Source: Myxococcota bacterium (GTDB lineage: Bacteria; Myxococcota_A; Polyangia; Nannocystales; Nannocystaceae). Taken from it: 64,000 bases of DNA. How positions within the stretch are numbered: position 1 is the stretch's first letter; every line of letters starts with the position of its first letter. This document shows, in pieces, positions 19,151 to 32,565 of the stretch. Below the pieces are notes generated by a model, which saw only the letters and a program-made list of their open reading frames with translations, was not told where the DNA came from and searched no databases. The DNA lies in assembly GCA_039194325.1 (NCBI GenBank), contig JBCCWC010000009.1:71321-135320 (forward strand), written 5' to 3'. The translations under genes were made by a program, and so were the position numbers.

Positions 19151-20143
19151 ATGCGCTACACCCGAGATACGCAACACTCGCGGAACGGAACGAGAGCAGC
19201 GGTGATGGCGGCGGCGATGCTGAGCGCCGGCCTGGCCACGGCCTGTGACTCGGGCTCATCGGAGGAACCCTCCGATCCCGCAATGATGGACGACGAGCAG
19301 CTGCGCGAGCTGGACCTGCGCGCGGCCAGACACGGCGTGGCCTCGCTCGATGGCAACCCGGCCTTCGTCCACGTGGGCAACCTGTTCGCCTATACGCCCC
19401 CGCTGGTCGGCGAGATCGATCCCACCGATGCCGATGCGATCCGACGCCAAGCAGTCGCCGTCGCCCATACCCGCCTGGCGATCACCTTCGCCGTGATCGG
19501 GTGCACGGCCGACCTGCAGACCGACGAGGACACCACGATCACGGTCGACCTCCAGGGCTGCCGCCTGGCGCTGTGGGAGCTCGACGCGGACGTACGCGCG
19601 GTTGCCCGGGTCGAGATGAGCCCGTGCGAGGCCGGCGAGTGTGCGGAGCGCGTCGTGTGGGAGATGGACGTCGGCGAGCTCAAGTCGGGGCTCATCGGCT
19701 TTCCCAAGAGCGGGTACGTGGGCGGGATCGACATCGGCGCGCCGATCGATCCCGAGGAGCGCATGTCGTGGGCCACCCAGCCCGGGTTCGCGATCGAGAC
19801 CGACGACGGCCTTCGCTTCGACACACTCTCCACCGCCGACTGGCTCGTCTACGGCGAGGACAACTGCGTCGAGCTGAACATGGGCGCCCGGCTCTCGCTC
19901 GAAGAGCGGGAGGATGAGCTCGACGAGCTGCTCGGCGACATCGTGATCTCCGCCCGAGGGATCGAGCGCTGCCCGGGTGAGTGCGCCACCGCAGGCGACG
20001 TGCAGCTGTCGTCCGGGGCGGGCCATGTGCTCCGCTGGACCCACAACGGCGACGAGACGCTGACGATCGAAGCGCCGGGCGGGCGGCAGCTCGAGCTCAC
20101 CCCACCGTGCGCCGAGCAACAGCGCTCGATCCGAGATCGATGA
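19151..20143 (+). CDS. hypothetical acidic beta-rich lipoprotein
   Basis: LATAC lipobox; typical codon usage; start uncertain (ORF open from 19046). Confidence 0.65.
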   Translation: MRYTRDTQHSRNGTRAAVMAAAMLSAGLATACDSGSSEEPSDPAMMDDEQLRELDLRAARHGVASLDGNPAFVHVGNLFAYTPPLVGEIDPTDADAIRRQAVAVAHTRLAITFAVIGCTADLQTDEDTTITVDLQGCRLALWELDADVRAVARVEMSPCEAGECAERVVWEMDVGELKSGLIGFPKSGYVGGIDIGAPIDPEERMSWATQPGFAIETDDGLRFDTLSTADWLVYGEDNCVELNMGARLSLEEREDELDELLGDIVISARGIERCPGECATAGDVQLSSGAGHVLRWTHNGDETLTIEAPGGRQLELTPPCAEQQRSIRDR

Positions 20144-20176
20144 GACCAGCCGCAGTGGCGGCTCCGGCAGGCGGAG

Positions 20177-21481
20177 CTACTTGGCCACCACGATAAGCTG
20201 GCCCGGCACCGGCTCGGCCGCCGCAGGGGACGGTCGCAGACCCACGCCCAAGCCGATCGCTGCCCCCGCCACGACCACCGAGCCCACGATCGTCCAAAAC
20301 CACCAGGTGCGCAGCACCGGCTTGCGGGCTCGGGTACCGGACGAGGAGGGATCACCCGCCGGTCCGTCGACCACCGGACGCGGCGCGACCAGCCGGCCCT
20401 CGTCATCGAGCAGCCCGAGCGCAGTGATCAACGCCACCGAGAGCTCGGGACGCCGCACCGCCGAGCCGATCCCGTCACGCCCCCATGGGCGCACCACGAA
20501 GCCGTCGGCGCCGCGGTCGACCACCAGCACCGCCGCAGCCCCCTGGGCATGGGCCACGGCCCACACCGCCGCGCGTGCCGAGGGCGAGCCGGAGGGCTGC
20601 GGATCCGCCTCGCTGCTGGCCGCCAGCCGCTCTATGGGATCGTCCTGTGGCGGCAACGCGGTGAGGGTGACCCGCAGGGCCCCCTGCTGGCGAAGATCGA
20701 CCACCTTCGCCCAGGTCGCGTATCCGGGCGCGCTGACCCGCACCATGTGCAGACCGGGCCGAAGGTCGATCGGGCCCTCCTCGCGCACCCGGCAGTCGAT
20801 CTCCACCCGAGCATCGGCCGGTTGGATCTGCAGCGAGACCGGCCGGGGCATGCGATCGCTCCTATGCTGCACGGCGGCGAGGAAGGCCGCGGTCACGTCG
20901 GGCCCGTAGAGCTCGGCCAGGGGACGCCGCGGCGGGTCGAGGGCGAGGGCGAGCTCGTAGCGAGCCTCGGAGCGCACCTGGTCGGCCGCCCGCTCCTCCG
21001 CCCGCTCGGCCCCCCGGTCCTCGTTCCCCCCCTCGGCCCGGCCCCGCAACCCCAGGGCCAGGCCCAGGCGAAACTGGAGCTCCCACAGCCCATCGCAGCG
21101 ACCGGGCCGGGCCAGCGCGACCGCGTCGGCCTGGGCGCCCTGCAGCGTGTCGATCATCTCCGTCAAACGCAACGACAGGTAGTGATCCTGAGCCATGGCC
21201 AGCGCCCCCTCGACACCGAGGCGGCGTTCCTCGTCACGCGCGACCCTGCGCTCTCGGTGCTGGTCGAGCGTTTCGCGCAGTGGCGCGCGCGAGATTACCG
21301 ACACCCCCTGGGCCCGTAGGGCCTCTTCGGCCTCGACTACCGAAGCATCCGAAGCATCCGGAGCACCCGGAGCATCCGGAGCACCCGGCCACACCATGAC
21401 CGGAGGATGCGCCCATACCGGCCAGGCGAACAGGACTAGGCACAGCGCCGTCACCATCGCGATCGGTCGCGTACCCGGCAT
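20177..21481 (-). CDS. PEGA-domain protein with signal peptide and C-terminal TM anchor
   Basis: signal peptide; IQPADARVEID..LRPGLHMVRVSAPGY PEGA motif; WWFWTIVGSVVVAG anchor. Confidence 0.75.
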   Translation of the reverse strand: MPGTRPIAMVTALCLVLFAWPVWAHPPVMVWPGAPDAPGAPDASDASVVEAEEALRAQGVSVISRAPLRETLDQHRERRVARDEERRLGVEGALAMAQDHYLSLRLTEMIDTLQGAQADAVALARPGRCDGLWELQFRLGLALGLRGRAEGGNEDRGAERAEERAADQVRSEARYELALALDPPRRPLAELYGPDVTAAFLAAVQHRSDRMPRPVSLQIQPADARVEIDCRVREEGPIDLRPGLHMVRVSAPGYATWAKVVDLRQQGALRVTLTALPPQDDPIERLAASSEADPQPSGSPSARAAVWAVAHAQGAAAVLVVDRGADGFVVRPWGRDGIGSAVRRPELSVALITALGLLDDEGRLVAPRPVVDGPAGDPSSSGTRARKPVLRTWWFWTIVGSVVVAGAAIGLGVGLRPSPAAAEPVPGQLIVVAK

Positions 21482-21501
21482 CGATCGCCGCGGACGGTAC
21501 C

Positions 21502-23085
<1,584 letters not shown>

Positions 23086-23107
23086 ACCCGTGCCTGCCAG
23101 ATCTCCG

Positions 23108-24496
<1,389 letters not shown>

Positions 24497-24533
24497 CGCG
24501 CTCGCTCCCTCCGCCGGCTGGTATCGTGAACGC

Positions 24534-24926
24534 ATGAGCCCGGCCCCGAGCGTCATCATCGCCCTGGCGGCCCTGGTGAGCGCCCCGGCAACCCCGTCGA
24601 CCTCCCCCAGCTTCTCCCCCGGCTTCTCCCCGGGGATCGGCTACACCGTCTCATTGCGACAGCGACAAGCCGACGACGTGACGACACCGACGACCGCCGA
24701 GCCCACGGCGAAAGCCCGTTCGCTCCCCCCGATCCTGCCGCCACCACCGCCCAGCGATCTGGCGCGGGTCCAGAACTCGCCCCGGGCCCAGGGGATCCTC
24801 GCCGCCGCCGCCATCGCGGCCCAGGTGGCCATGCTCGTGGCCGGGGTCGCCTCGGTGCGACAGCAAAACGCCGAGATCCGCCGACAGCGGCGCGGGCGTC
24901 CCCCGCCGTACCGCCCGTACCGCTGA
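24534..24926 (+). CDS. small hypothetical secreted/membrane protein
   Basis: N-terminal hydrophobic stretch and C-terminal TM-like helix; fills the gap between co-oriented genes. Confidence 0.45.
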   Translation: MSPAPSVIIALAALVSAPATPSTSPSFSPGFSPGIGYTVSLRQRQADDVTTPTTAEPTAKARSLPPILPPPPPSDLARVQNSPRAQGILAAAAIAAQVAMLVAGVASVRQQNAEIRRQRRGRPPPYRPYR

Positions 24927-24966
24927 GCGATCGGCCCCACGCACGACGGCCTGCTACGATTCTATT

Positions 24967-25947
24967 GTGGATCCATGTGGCTCCCTGCCCCGTCGGGCCA
25001 CCGATGTGCTCCACGCCGACGAGATCCGGGCCCTGACTCGTCCCAGCGATCTCGCCGGCGCGCTCGTCGTGCTCGGCACCTGGGCTGGCATAGCGGCGAC
25101 CTTTGCCCTGGTGGCCCTATGGCCCCATCCGCTGACGATCCTCGTCGCGCTCGTCATCCTCGGGGGTCGTCACATGGCCCTCGCGGTGCTGATGCACGAG
25201 ACGGCCCACCGCTCCCTGTTCGCCTCGCGGCGCCTGGGCGAGTGGGTGGGCCGCTGGCTCTGCGCCGCGCCCGGAGGCAACGATCTGGTGCGCTATCGGG
25301 TCCACCACCTGGCACACCACGCCCACACGGGCACCGAGCGAGATCCCGACATCGCGCTGACCCGCCCCTTTCCGATCACCGGCCGCTCCCTGGCTCGCAA
25401 GCTGCTGCGGGATCTATCCGGCCTGACCGGGCTACGCCGGGTCGTCGGGATCCTGCTGATGGACATCGGCGTGCTCGGATACACCGCATCGAGCGACCCT
25501 CGGCCCGTCCCCCGCGAGCAACGCAGCGCTCGCTCCATGCTGCAAGGCTTGCTCACTCGCACCGGCCCCACCCTGGTGGCCAATGCGGTGCTGCTGGCGG
25601 TACTCACGGCCGTCGGTCACCCGGCGCTCTATCTTTTGTGGGTCGTCTCGTACCTCACCACCTACAGCGTATTCTTGCGGATCCGCTCGATTGCCGAGCA
25701 TGCGTGCACCCAGGGCGGGCCCAACCCGTTCCTCAACACGCGTACGATCCTCGCCGGCACGCTGGCCCGGCTGACGGTAGCCCCGGTCCGCGTCAACTAC
25801 CACCTCGAACACCACCTGCTGATGACCGTGCCCTACCACCGGCTGCCACAGCTGCACGCCCGGCTGCGCGAGCGCGGGGTCTTCGAGCACGCCGCGCTCG
25901 CGCCCAGCTATCGGGCGGTGCTGACCCGGGCGACCTCGCGGGGCTGA
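24967..25947 (+). CDS. fatty acid desaturase family protein
   Basis: three His boxes (HETAH, HHLAHH, HLEHH) with TM segments. Confidence 0.88.
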   Translation: MDPCGSLPRRATDVLHADEIRALTRPSDLAGALVVLGTWAGIAATFALVALWPHPLTILVALVILGGRHMALAVLMHETAHRSLFASRRLGEWVGRWLCAAPGGNDLVRYRVHHLAHHAHTGTERDPDIALTRPFPITGRSLARKLLRDLSGLTGLRRVVGILLMDIGVLGYTASSDPRPVPREQRSARSMLQGLLTRTGPTLVANAVLLAVLTAVGHPALYLLWVVSYLTTYSVFLRIRSIAEHACTQGGPNPFLNTRTILAGTLARLTVAPVRVNYHLEHHLLMTVPYHRLPQLHARLRERGVFEHAALAPSYRAVLTRATSRG

Positions 25948-25974
25948 GCGAGTGATGCCGACGCGAGTCGCCCT

Positions 25975-26646
25975 TCAGGCGGCCCGGCGGGGCACCGGAC
26001 ACTCGTAGCCCGCGGGCTCGAGCCACGAGGGTCGCGCCACGCCGGCGAGATCGAGCCGCTGCAGCGCCCGTTGCAGCCCGCAGGAAAGCTCGTCGAACGA
26101 CGACAGGCGGATCCACGGCCGGATGCTGCACAGGATGAAGGCGACCAGGCCCAGCACGAACGATCCGCGGGCCACCACCATCACCGAGTCGAGCTGCTCA
26201 CGGAGCACCGCCTCGCGCCGGTCGGCCTCCTCGACGAAACGGCGACGCAGGTCCGGACCGACCATGCCCCGAGCGCCTCGCAGATCGGTGATGGAAACCA
26301 CCGCCACGCCCTCCCGAGCCGCCCGGTCGAACATACGATCGTGCCAGCGGTAGTAGGCATCGATGCCCTCGCCGGTGACCGTGCCGACCCAGGTCGCGAT
26401 CACCACCGGGAAGTGACGCTCGTCGAACACCAGCTCCCCTTCGACCCGTTCCACTTGGTTGACATCCCCCTCGACCCGTTCCACCTGGTTTAGCGTAGAA
26501 CGCAAGCCGAGCCCACGCGACGCCCATCTCGGGCCGTGACACATCGCGGCACCATAGGTCGTTCGTGCCGGAGACCATGAGCACTTCGTGCCGAACCGAC
26601 CCGTTCGACCACTACGCCGGACCAGCACCGGATCCATTCGAGACAA
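25975..26646 (-). CDS. hypothetical protein (STAS/SEC14-like myxobacterial family); true start probably downstream
   Basis: FDERHFPVVIATW..SITDLR..PDLRR pattern; 30-bp duplication (NQVERVEG) near the N-terminus. Confidence 0.5.
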   Translation of the reverse strand: MSRMDPVLVRRSGRTGRFGTKCSWSPARTTYGAAMCHGPRWASRGLGLRSTLNQVERVEGDVNQVERVEGELVFDERHFPVVIATWVGTVTGEGIDAYYRWHDRMFDRAAREGVAVVSITDLRGARGMVGPDLRRRFVEEADRREAVLREQLDSVMVVARGSFVLGLVAFILCSIRPWIRLSSFDELSCGLQRALQRLDLAGVARPSWLEPAGYECPVPRRAA

Positions 26647-26691
26647 CTGTTCGACAAATGGACGGTCAGCGAGACACCGACCACGGTCGGA

Positions 26692-28050
26692 TCAAAGATC
26701 GGGGTCCTCCACCACAATGACGTCCGGCAGCTCTCCCGGGGGCCCCTCGACTCCGGGATCCACCCAGCCCAGGCCCAGCTGCCCGTGCTCGTTGAGTCCC
26801 CAGCAGCGCAGCGCCCCGTCGCCTCGCAACGCACAGGTGTGCTCGGCCAGCGCATTGGTGAAGATCGCCTCCACCCCACTGAGCTCTACCGCCGCCACCT
26901 CTACCGGGGTCTCGTCGTCCCCCACCGACTCTACCGATCCCAAGCCGAGCTGTCCGCTCGCTCCCTCACCCCAGCACCGCACAGTGCCCTCGTCGAGCAA
27001 CGCACAAGTATGTCGTAGCCCCGCCACCACCGAGACCGCGGCCCCGCCTAGCGCCACATCCCCGACCATCGCCGGCGTCTCGTCATCTCCTATCACCAGC
27101 GTGTGCCCGTAGCCCAGCTGCCCGTACTCGTTGTCTCCCCAGCAGCGAACCTGACCGTCCAAGAGCAACGCACAGGTGTGATCTCCACCCGCCACCACCG
27201 CGGTGGCCACCCCACCCAGCGGCACATCGCCAACGCTCGCCGGCGTCGACCCCGGCAGGGCTGCAACCCCGTAGCCCAGCTGCCCCCGATCACCCAGCCC
27301 CCAGCAGCGGATCGCGCCCGTCTGCCGGCGTGCACAGGCGTGAGCCACCCCGGCCGTGATCTCCACCACCGGTCCGCCGAGGCTCACGTCCTCGGGTCCG
27401 TGGACCCCCGGGCCCGCATCGCGACCGAGCTGACCCGCATCCCCTCGCCCCCAGCACTGCACCCGCCCGTCATCCAGCCGAGCACACGCAAACTCTTCGC
27501 CGGCCACCACCTGCTGCGACGGCCCGGCCAGGGGCACCACCGTCGACACGGATGCGTCGCTCGGGGTCTCGTCATCCCCTACCGTCTCGGGGTGCCCCAG
27601 GCCCAGCTCCTGGCCACTGTTGACCCCGAACGCCCGCACGCGACCATCGGCCAGCAGCGCAAAGGTCTGCGCACCGTTGGTCACCACCTCCGTCGCCGGA
27701 AACCCCAGCGACACGAAGTCTGCCGCCGCAGCCCAGACCTCGTCCGAGGCCTCGCCCGTGCCGCGACCCAGCCGCCCCTCGTCTCCCCGGCCCCAGCACT
27801 TGGCCTGACCGGCAACGAGGGTGGCACACGTGGTGCCCTCACCCAGCGACACGGCGATCGTCGCGTGAGACTCCGCCGATCGCATCGCGATCGACTCCTC
27901 GCGCGGGACGGGCTCGCGATGGGGGTCACAGGCACTGAGCCCGATCCCCGCGAGGATCGCCAGGCACGCCCTCCCTCCGCGGAATCGTCGACGAGCACGA
28001 CGAGCCGGGCGGACGAGGGCACAGGGGGTCGAGTATGGGGGCTGCATCAT
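26692..28050 (-). CDS. RCC1/BLIP-II repeat beta-propeller lipoprotein
   Basis: LSAC lipobox; seven repeats of the HTCALLxDGxVRCWGxxxxGQLG type. Confidence 0.9.
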   Translation of the reverse strand: MMQPPYSTPCALVRPARRARRRFRGGRACLAILAGIGLSACDPHREPVPREESIAMRSAESHATIAVSLGEGTTCATLVAGQAKCWGRGDEGRLGRGTGEASDEVWAAAADFVSLGFPATEVVTNGAQTFALLADGRVRAFGVNSGQELGLGHPETVGDDETPSDASVSTVVPLAGPSQQVVAGEEFACARLDDGRVQCWGRGDAGQLGRDAGPGVHGPEDVSLGGPVVEITAGVAHACARRQTGAIRCWGLGDRGQLGYGVAALPGSTPASVGDVPLGGVATAVVAGGDHTCALLLDGQVRCWGDNEYGQLGYGHTLVIGDDETPAMVGDVALGGAAVSVVAGLRHTCALLDEGTVRCWGEGASGQLGLGSVESVGDDETPVEVAAVELSGVEAIFTNALAEHTCALRGDGALRCWGLNEHGQLGLGWVDPGVEGPPGELPDVIVVEDPDL

Positions 28051-28086
28051 CACGGATCCTTTCGAGTCGAGAGCGCGTGACCCCAC

Positions 28087-28158
28087 CGATCGCCAGACGA
28101 TCGCCAGACGATCGCCAGACGATCGCCAGACGATCGCCAAACGATCGCCAGACGATCG
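28087..28158. repeat. tandem repeat, 6+ x 11 bp (CGATCGCCAGA)
   Basis: read directly; one copy has a mismatch; upstream of the RCC1 gene start. Confidence 0.95.
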
Positions 28159-28321
28159 ATGGATCCCACGGAGTGGGTCACTCATCGGTCGAAGCGGGGC
28201 CACGCCCGACCCACGGTCCGGCGACGACCCCCAAGCTCGCGTTCCATTACGCGTCGCTTGTCAGGGGGGTGCGCGTTGGCCCGTTGCTGATCACAGGATC
28301 GGCGATTTTTTCGTGAGCAAG

Positions 28322-31300
28322 TCAGCGACGCCCATCGAGCCGAGCCCGGATCTCGTCACGCAGCTGCTCGGCGGCGCGGTCGGGCTGCCGTCCGAGTCGA
28401 TCCAGCGCCTGCTGAGCCAGCGCCCGCGCCGCGGTGCGCTCACCGGGCCGACGCCACTGCAACCGAGCCAGCGCCCACTCCGTGCGTGCGCGATCGATCG
28501 CACGAACCTCGACCTCGCGCTGGATCCGTAGCGCCTGCTCCAGCCGCTGCCTCCCGAGCTCGACCTCCCCGAGCTCGACCTCCGTACGCCCGAGCGCCCA
28601 AAGAGCCCGCGCCACCCGAGGGTGGGCCCCCCGGGGCTCGGCCACCCGGGGCCCGGCCACCTCGGGCTCAGACGGTCGGGCCGGCTCGGCCGGGTACGCA
28701 CGCTCGAAGATCTCCAGCGCCCGGCCCTGTCGCTCCCGGGCCTGCTCCAGCCGCCCCTGCTGAAAGTCGAGCAGCCCCCACGCCGCCAGCGTCTTGCCCA
28801 CGCCGACGTGCTCGGCACCTCCGTAGCGCTCGTATGCCGCCAGAGCCCGCTTCAAGTGCGCTTCGGATTCCCTACCGCGCTCCAACACCTGCAGCACCTT
28901 GCCGAGGTTGAGCTCCACGCGCGCCACCTTGGGATGGTGGGGCTCGTAGACCTCAGCATACCGGGTCAACGCGCGCTCGTAGTAGCGCACGGCGTCCTCG
29001 GACCGCCCTTGCCCCCGCGCCGCCACGCCCAAGTTGGCCAGCGCATCGGCCACCAGGTCGTGCTCGGCCGAGTGTACCCGCTCCCAGATCGACAGCGCGC
29101 GCTCGAGCTCCACCACCGCCTCGTCGGGCCGTTCTTGGTAGAGCAGCACGGCCCCCAGGTTGCCGTGCACGTGCGCGAGCACCGGGTGCCCCGGGGGCAA
29201 GCACACGCCCCCCAGCGTTAGCGCGGCGCGCAGCTCGGACTCGGCCTCCGCGTGCTGACCCCGAGCCATGAGCACCGCGGCCAGGTTGGCCAATCGGGGC
29301 ACCATCGCCGGATGCTCGGGACCCAGCTCACGACCAACCAGCGCCACCGCGTCCCGGGCCAGGCGCTCGGCCTCCGCGTGACGCCCCTGTCGACGCAGCA
29401 CCCCGCGCAGGCCATCGAGCGCGCCCACCCGGTCGCGGGGATCGACCTCCGATCCCGACCCCAGAAGCTCCAGCGCCCGAACGAAGTGCGTCTCCGCCTC
29501 GGCGTCTTCACCGTGCTTGGCCAGCACCTGGGCGATCCCCACCAGCGCCTCCGCCTCCCGCTGCCCCCCCTCGTCCACCCGCTGCGCCAGCGCCAGGGCC
29601 GACTCGCCCAGCAACACCGCCCCCTCGTACTGCGCCATGGGCACCCCCACCACGAAGGTCAGCCCCGCGCTCGCCTCGGCCGCGACCTCGGCGTGCTCGT
29701 GACGCAGCGCCAGCGCCTGCGCTCGACGAAGATCCGCCGCCGCATCCTCGTAGCGACCCATCGCCAGGTAGAGGTCACCACGCAACAGGCGAGCCTCGGC
29801 CAAAAGGGGCGCGTGCCCCAGCGGCTCGGCCTGCGCCAGCGCAGCGGAGATCGCCTGGAGGGCCACGTCGTACTTACCCGCCCGAAGCCGCGTGCGAGCC
29901 CGATCCAGCGCTGTACGGACCGACGCGACCGCCTCGGCCTGCTCGGGCGGAGGCTGGGGCTCGGCCTGCAGCGCCCGCGCATCGGCGCAGCGGGGCAGCG
30001 CAGGCAAGCCCGCCACCACGTGCACCGCCTGCTCCACCACCTCCGCATCGGCCTCCAGCAATTGCTCCGCCACGTGGTCCAGGGCCTGGCGCCGCTCGTC
30101 CAGGCACTGCATCCGCCGGTCGAACCCCGCCGCGCTCAGCTCACCGCGCAAAAGGGCCGCCTCGCACGTATCGTTGTGAAGCTGCGCCCAGCCCGCGGCG
30201 TACTCGGCCATCCGCGCCCGCACCGCGGCCTCCGTATTGCGCGCGTAGGGCACCCCCGTACCCAGGATCGCCGCGGCAACCGCCGCAGCACGCCCCTCGT
30301 CCCAGACCCCGTGCAGCCGCTGTCGCGCGTGGCCACACGGAGGCTCGTCGGCCTCCCCTCGCCCCCACAGCACCGCGACCAACGCGACGTTGGCCACCAC
30401 CAGCGCCACCATCCCGCGCCGTCGCCCACCCGAACGCCGGCATCGCTCCAGCGCCCGCAACAGCTCCGTCATCGACGGCCAGCGCTCGTCCGGCTCGGGG
30501 GCGAGCGCGCGGGCCAAGGCGCGCCGCAGCGCCCGGGGCAGCCGACGCCCCGAGCGCTCCGCGAGCTCCCACACCTTCGAGTCCAGATCCGCACGACGAC
30601 GGGGCAGCGCATCCTCGCCAAAGAGCGCCTCGCAGATCGACACGGCAAAGCTGTACTGATCGCTGCGCGCGTCCCAGCCCCTGCCCTGGCGCTGCTCCGG
30701 TGACATATACCCGGGCGTCCCGATGACCGCCCCGGGACGGGTCAGTCGCTCCTCGAAGGGGCTCCCGGCCTCGCTGTGTTCCATGTCGAGCGCGGCCTCC
30801 TCGAAGGAGTCACCGCTCACCTGCTCCCCACGACGGCGCAGCTCGTCCACGTCTCCCGCCAGCCCGAAATCCACCACCCGCACCCGCCCCGAGGCGCTGA
30901 TGAGACAATTGGCCGGCTTGAAATCGCGGTGCACCAGTCCCTCGGCATGGGCCGCGGCCAGCCCCCGCCCCGCCTGGAGATACACGTCGAGCACCTCGGG
31001 CCAGGGCCGCGGCCGCTCGTGCCACCGCCGCAGGGATTGCCCCTCGACCAGCTCCATCGCGATGAAGCCCTGCGCATCGACCGTCCCCACCTCGTACACG
31101 CTCACCACGTTGGGATGTGACAGGCGCCCCAGCGCCTGCGCCTCCCGGAGCAACCGCCCGGCCCGCTGCTCGTCGAGCTCCGCGCTCAGCAGCTTCAGCG
31201 CCACCCGACGATCGAGCGTGGGATCGTAGGCCTCCAGCACCACCCCCATGCCCCCCCGCCCCAGCTCGCCGCGGATCTCAAAGCGACCCAGCATGGCCAC

Positions 31301-31420
31301 CGACTCGACCGGCACCGTGTCGACGACGCTTTCGTGAGCCGCGAACCCCGGATCGGTGACGGTGGGCGGGGTCTCGCTCCCTCGCGAACCGACGAACGCG
31401 GATTCAGCCGGTCTGCTCAC
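28322..31420 (-). CDS. Ser/Thr kinase with TM segment and TPR repeats
   Basis: HRDFKPAN, DFGLA, GTPGYMSPE; RRMQCLDERR linker domain; multiple TPR-like repeats (HP..A...NLG). Confidence 0.92.
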   Translation of the reverse strand: MSRPAESAFVGSRGSETPPTVTDPGFAAHESVVDTVPVESVAMLGRFEIRGELGRGGMGVVLEAYDPTLDRRVALKLLSAELDEQRAGRLLREAQALGRLSHPNVVSVYEVGTVDAQGFIAMELVEGQSLRRWHERPRPWPEVLDVYLQAGRGLAAAHAEGLVHRDFKPANCLISASGRVRVVDFGLAGDVDELRRRGEQVSGDSFEEAALDMEHSEAGSPFEERLTRPGAVIGTPGYMSPEQRQGRGWDARSDQYSFAVSICEALFGEDALPRRRADLDSKVWELAERSGRRLPRALRRALARALAPEPDERWPSMTELLRALERCRRSGGRRRGMVALVVANVALVAVLWGRGEADEPPCGHARQRLHGVWDEGRAAAVAAAILGTGVPYARNTEAAVRARMAEYAAGWAQLHNDTCEAALLRGELSAAGFDRRMQCLDERRQALDHVAEQLLEADAEVVEQAVHVVAGLPALPRCADARALQAEPQPPPEQAEAVASVRTALDRARTRLRAGKYDVALQAISAALAQAEPLGHAPLLAEARLLRGDLYLAMGRYEDAAADLRRAQALALRHEHAEVAAEASAGLTFVVGVPMAQYEGAVLLGESALALAQRVDEGGQREAEALVGIAQVLAKHGEDAEAETHFVRALELLGSGSEVDPRDRVGALDGLRGVLRRQGRHAEAERLARDAVALVGRELGPEHPAMVPRLANLAAVLMARGQHAEAESELRAALTLGGVCLPPGHPVLAHVHGNLGAVLLYQERPDEAVVELERALSIWERVHSAEHDLVADALANLGVAARGQGRSEDAVRYYERALTRYAEVYEPHHPKVARVELNLGKVLQVLERGRESEAHLKRALAAYERYGGAEHVGVGKTLAAWGLLDFQQGRLEQARERQGRALEIFERAYPAEPARPSEPEVAGPRVAEPRGAHPRVARALWALGRTEVELGEVELGRQRLEQALRIQREVEVRAIDRARTEWALARLQWRRPGERTAARALAQQALDRLGRQPDRAAEQLRDEIRARLDGRR

Positions 31421-31642
31421 CGCCCCTAGAGTACGCGCCCCAACAGCGACCTCCCTGCGATCTGCAAATGCGCGTTTTCGCCCATCTGGAGACTCCGCAC
31501 GATCTCGTGACCGGGCCCGCCCGTCGCTGCCGGGGCGCCCTTGGTCGACCCATTGGGGCAGGACCGACGAGCCGGACTAGCCGGACTAGCCGGACTGGCC
31601 GGACAGACCGGGTGGGCCAGGCTGATACCATCGTCATCGACC

Positions 31643-32563
31643 ATGACGGCGGCGCTCGAGCATGCGGTGACCGGTGTCCGTCACCCCCTATTGGCCCGTA
31701 CGCTCGTCGGCCGCTCGCACTCGTGTCAGCTTCGGCTCTCCCGATCGCAGGTCTCGGGGCTCCACGCCGAGGTGGCATGGGATGGCGAGCGCTGGGTCGT
31801 TCGCGATCTGGGCAGCCGCAACGGCACCATGCTCGACGGCCGGCTGCTCACCGCCGAGCAGCGGCCCGCCCTCACCACGGGCGCGCAGCTGGCCTTCGGC
31901 ACCGATGACGAACGCTTCGTCGTCGTCGACACCTCACCGCCCGGCCTGGCCGCCGTCGGTGACGACGGCACGATCCTCAGCGCCGACGCGGGCCTCTTGG
32001 TCTTGCCCTCCGAGGATCGACCCGAGGTCACCCTCATCGAGCACCGCGACGTCGGCTGGCAGGTCGAGACCGCCGAGGGCATCCGCTCGCTGGCCGACCA
32101 GGAGCGGATCCAGGCCGGCGGCGTGCAGTGGCAGATCCACCTCCCCGGCGCGGTCCAGCACACCGCCGACGCCGCCGACGCCCCCCTGAGCGTCGACGAG
32201 ATCACCCTCGAGTTCCGCGTCAGCCGCGACGAGGAGCACGTGGAGATGAAGGTCTCGCAGGGGCCCCGGGTCGTCACGCTCAAGCCTCGCGCCCACGACT
32301 TCTTCCTGCTCACGCTGGCTCGGGCTCGGATCGCCGACCAGCAGCAGCCCGACCTCGAGGAGCCCGAGCACGGCTGGGTGTACCGCCAAGATCTCGCGCG
32401 CCGGCTCAAGGTCGACCGCACCCTGATCAACCTGTGGGTCTACCGGGCTCGCCGGCAGTTCACCCAAGCCGGGGTCACCGACGTCGCCCAGCTGATCGAG
32501 CGACGCCAGAGCTCCGAGCAATTGCGCCTGGGCATTGCCCGGCTGCGCGAGCTGGCCCCCTGA
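31643..32563 (+). CDS. FHA-domain protein with probable C-terminal winged-helix DNA-binding domain
   Basis: VGRS..VSGLHA..DLGSRNGT FHA motif; GWVYRQDLARRL..NLWVYRARRQF. Confidence 0.8.
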   Translation: MTAALEHAVTGVRHPLLARTLVGRSHSCQLRLSRSQVSGLHAEVAWDGERWVVRDLGSRNGTMLDGRLLTAEQRPALTTGAQLAFGTDDERFVVVDTSPPGLAAVGDDGTILSADAGLLVLPSEDRPEVTLIEHRDVGWQVETAEGIRSLADQERIQAGGVQWQIHLPGAVQHTADAADAPLSVDEITLEFRVSRDEEHVEMKVSQGPRVVTLKPRAHDFFLLTLARARIADQQQPDLEEPEHGWVYRQDLARRLKVDRTLINLWVYRARRQFTQAGVTDVAQLIERRQSSEQLRLGIARLRELAP

Positions 32564-32565
32564 GC

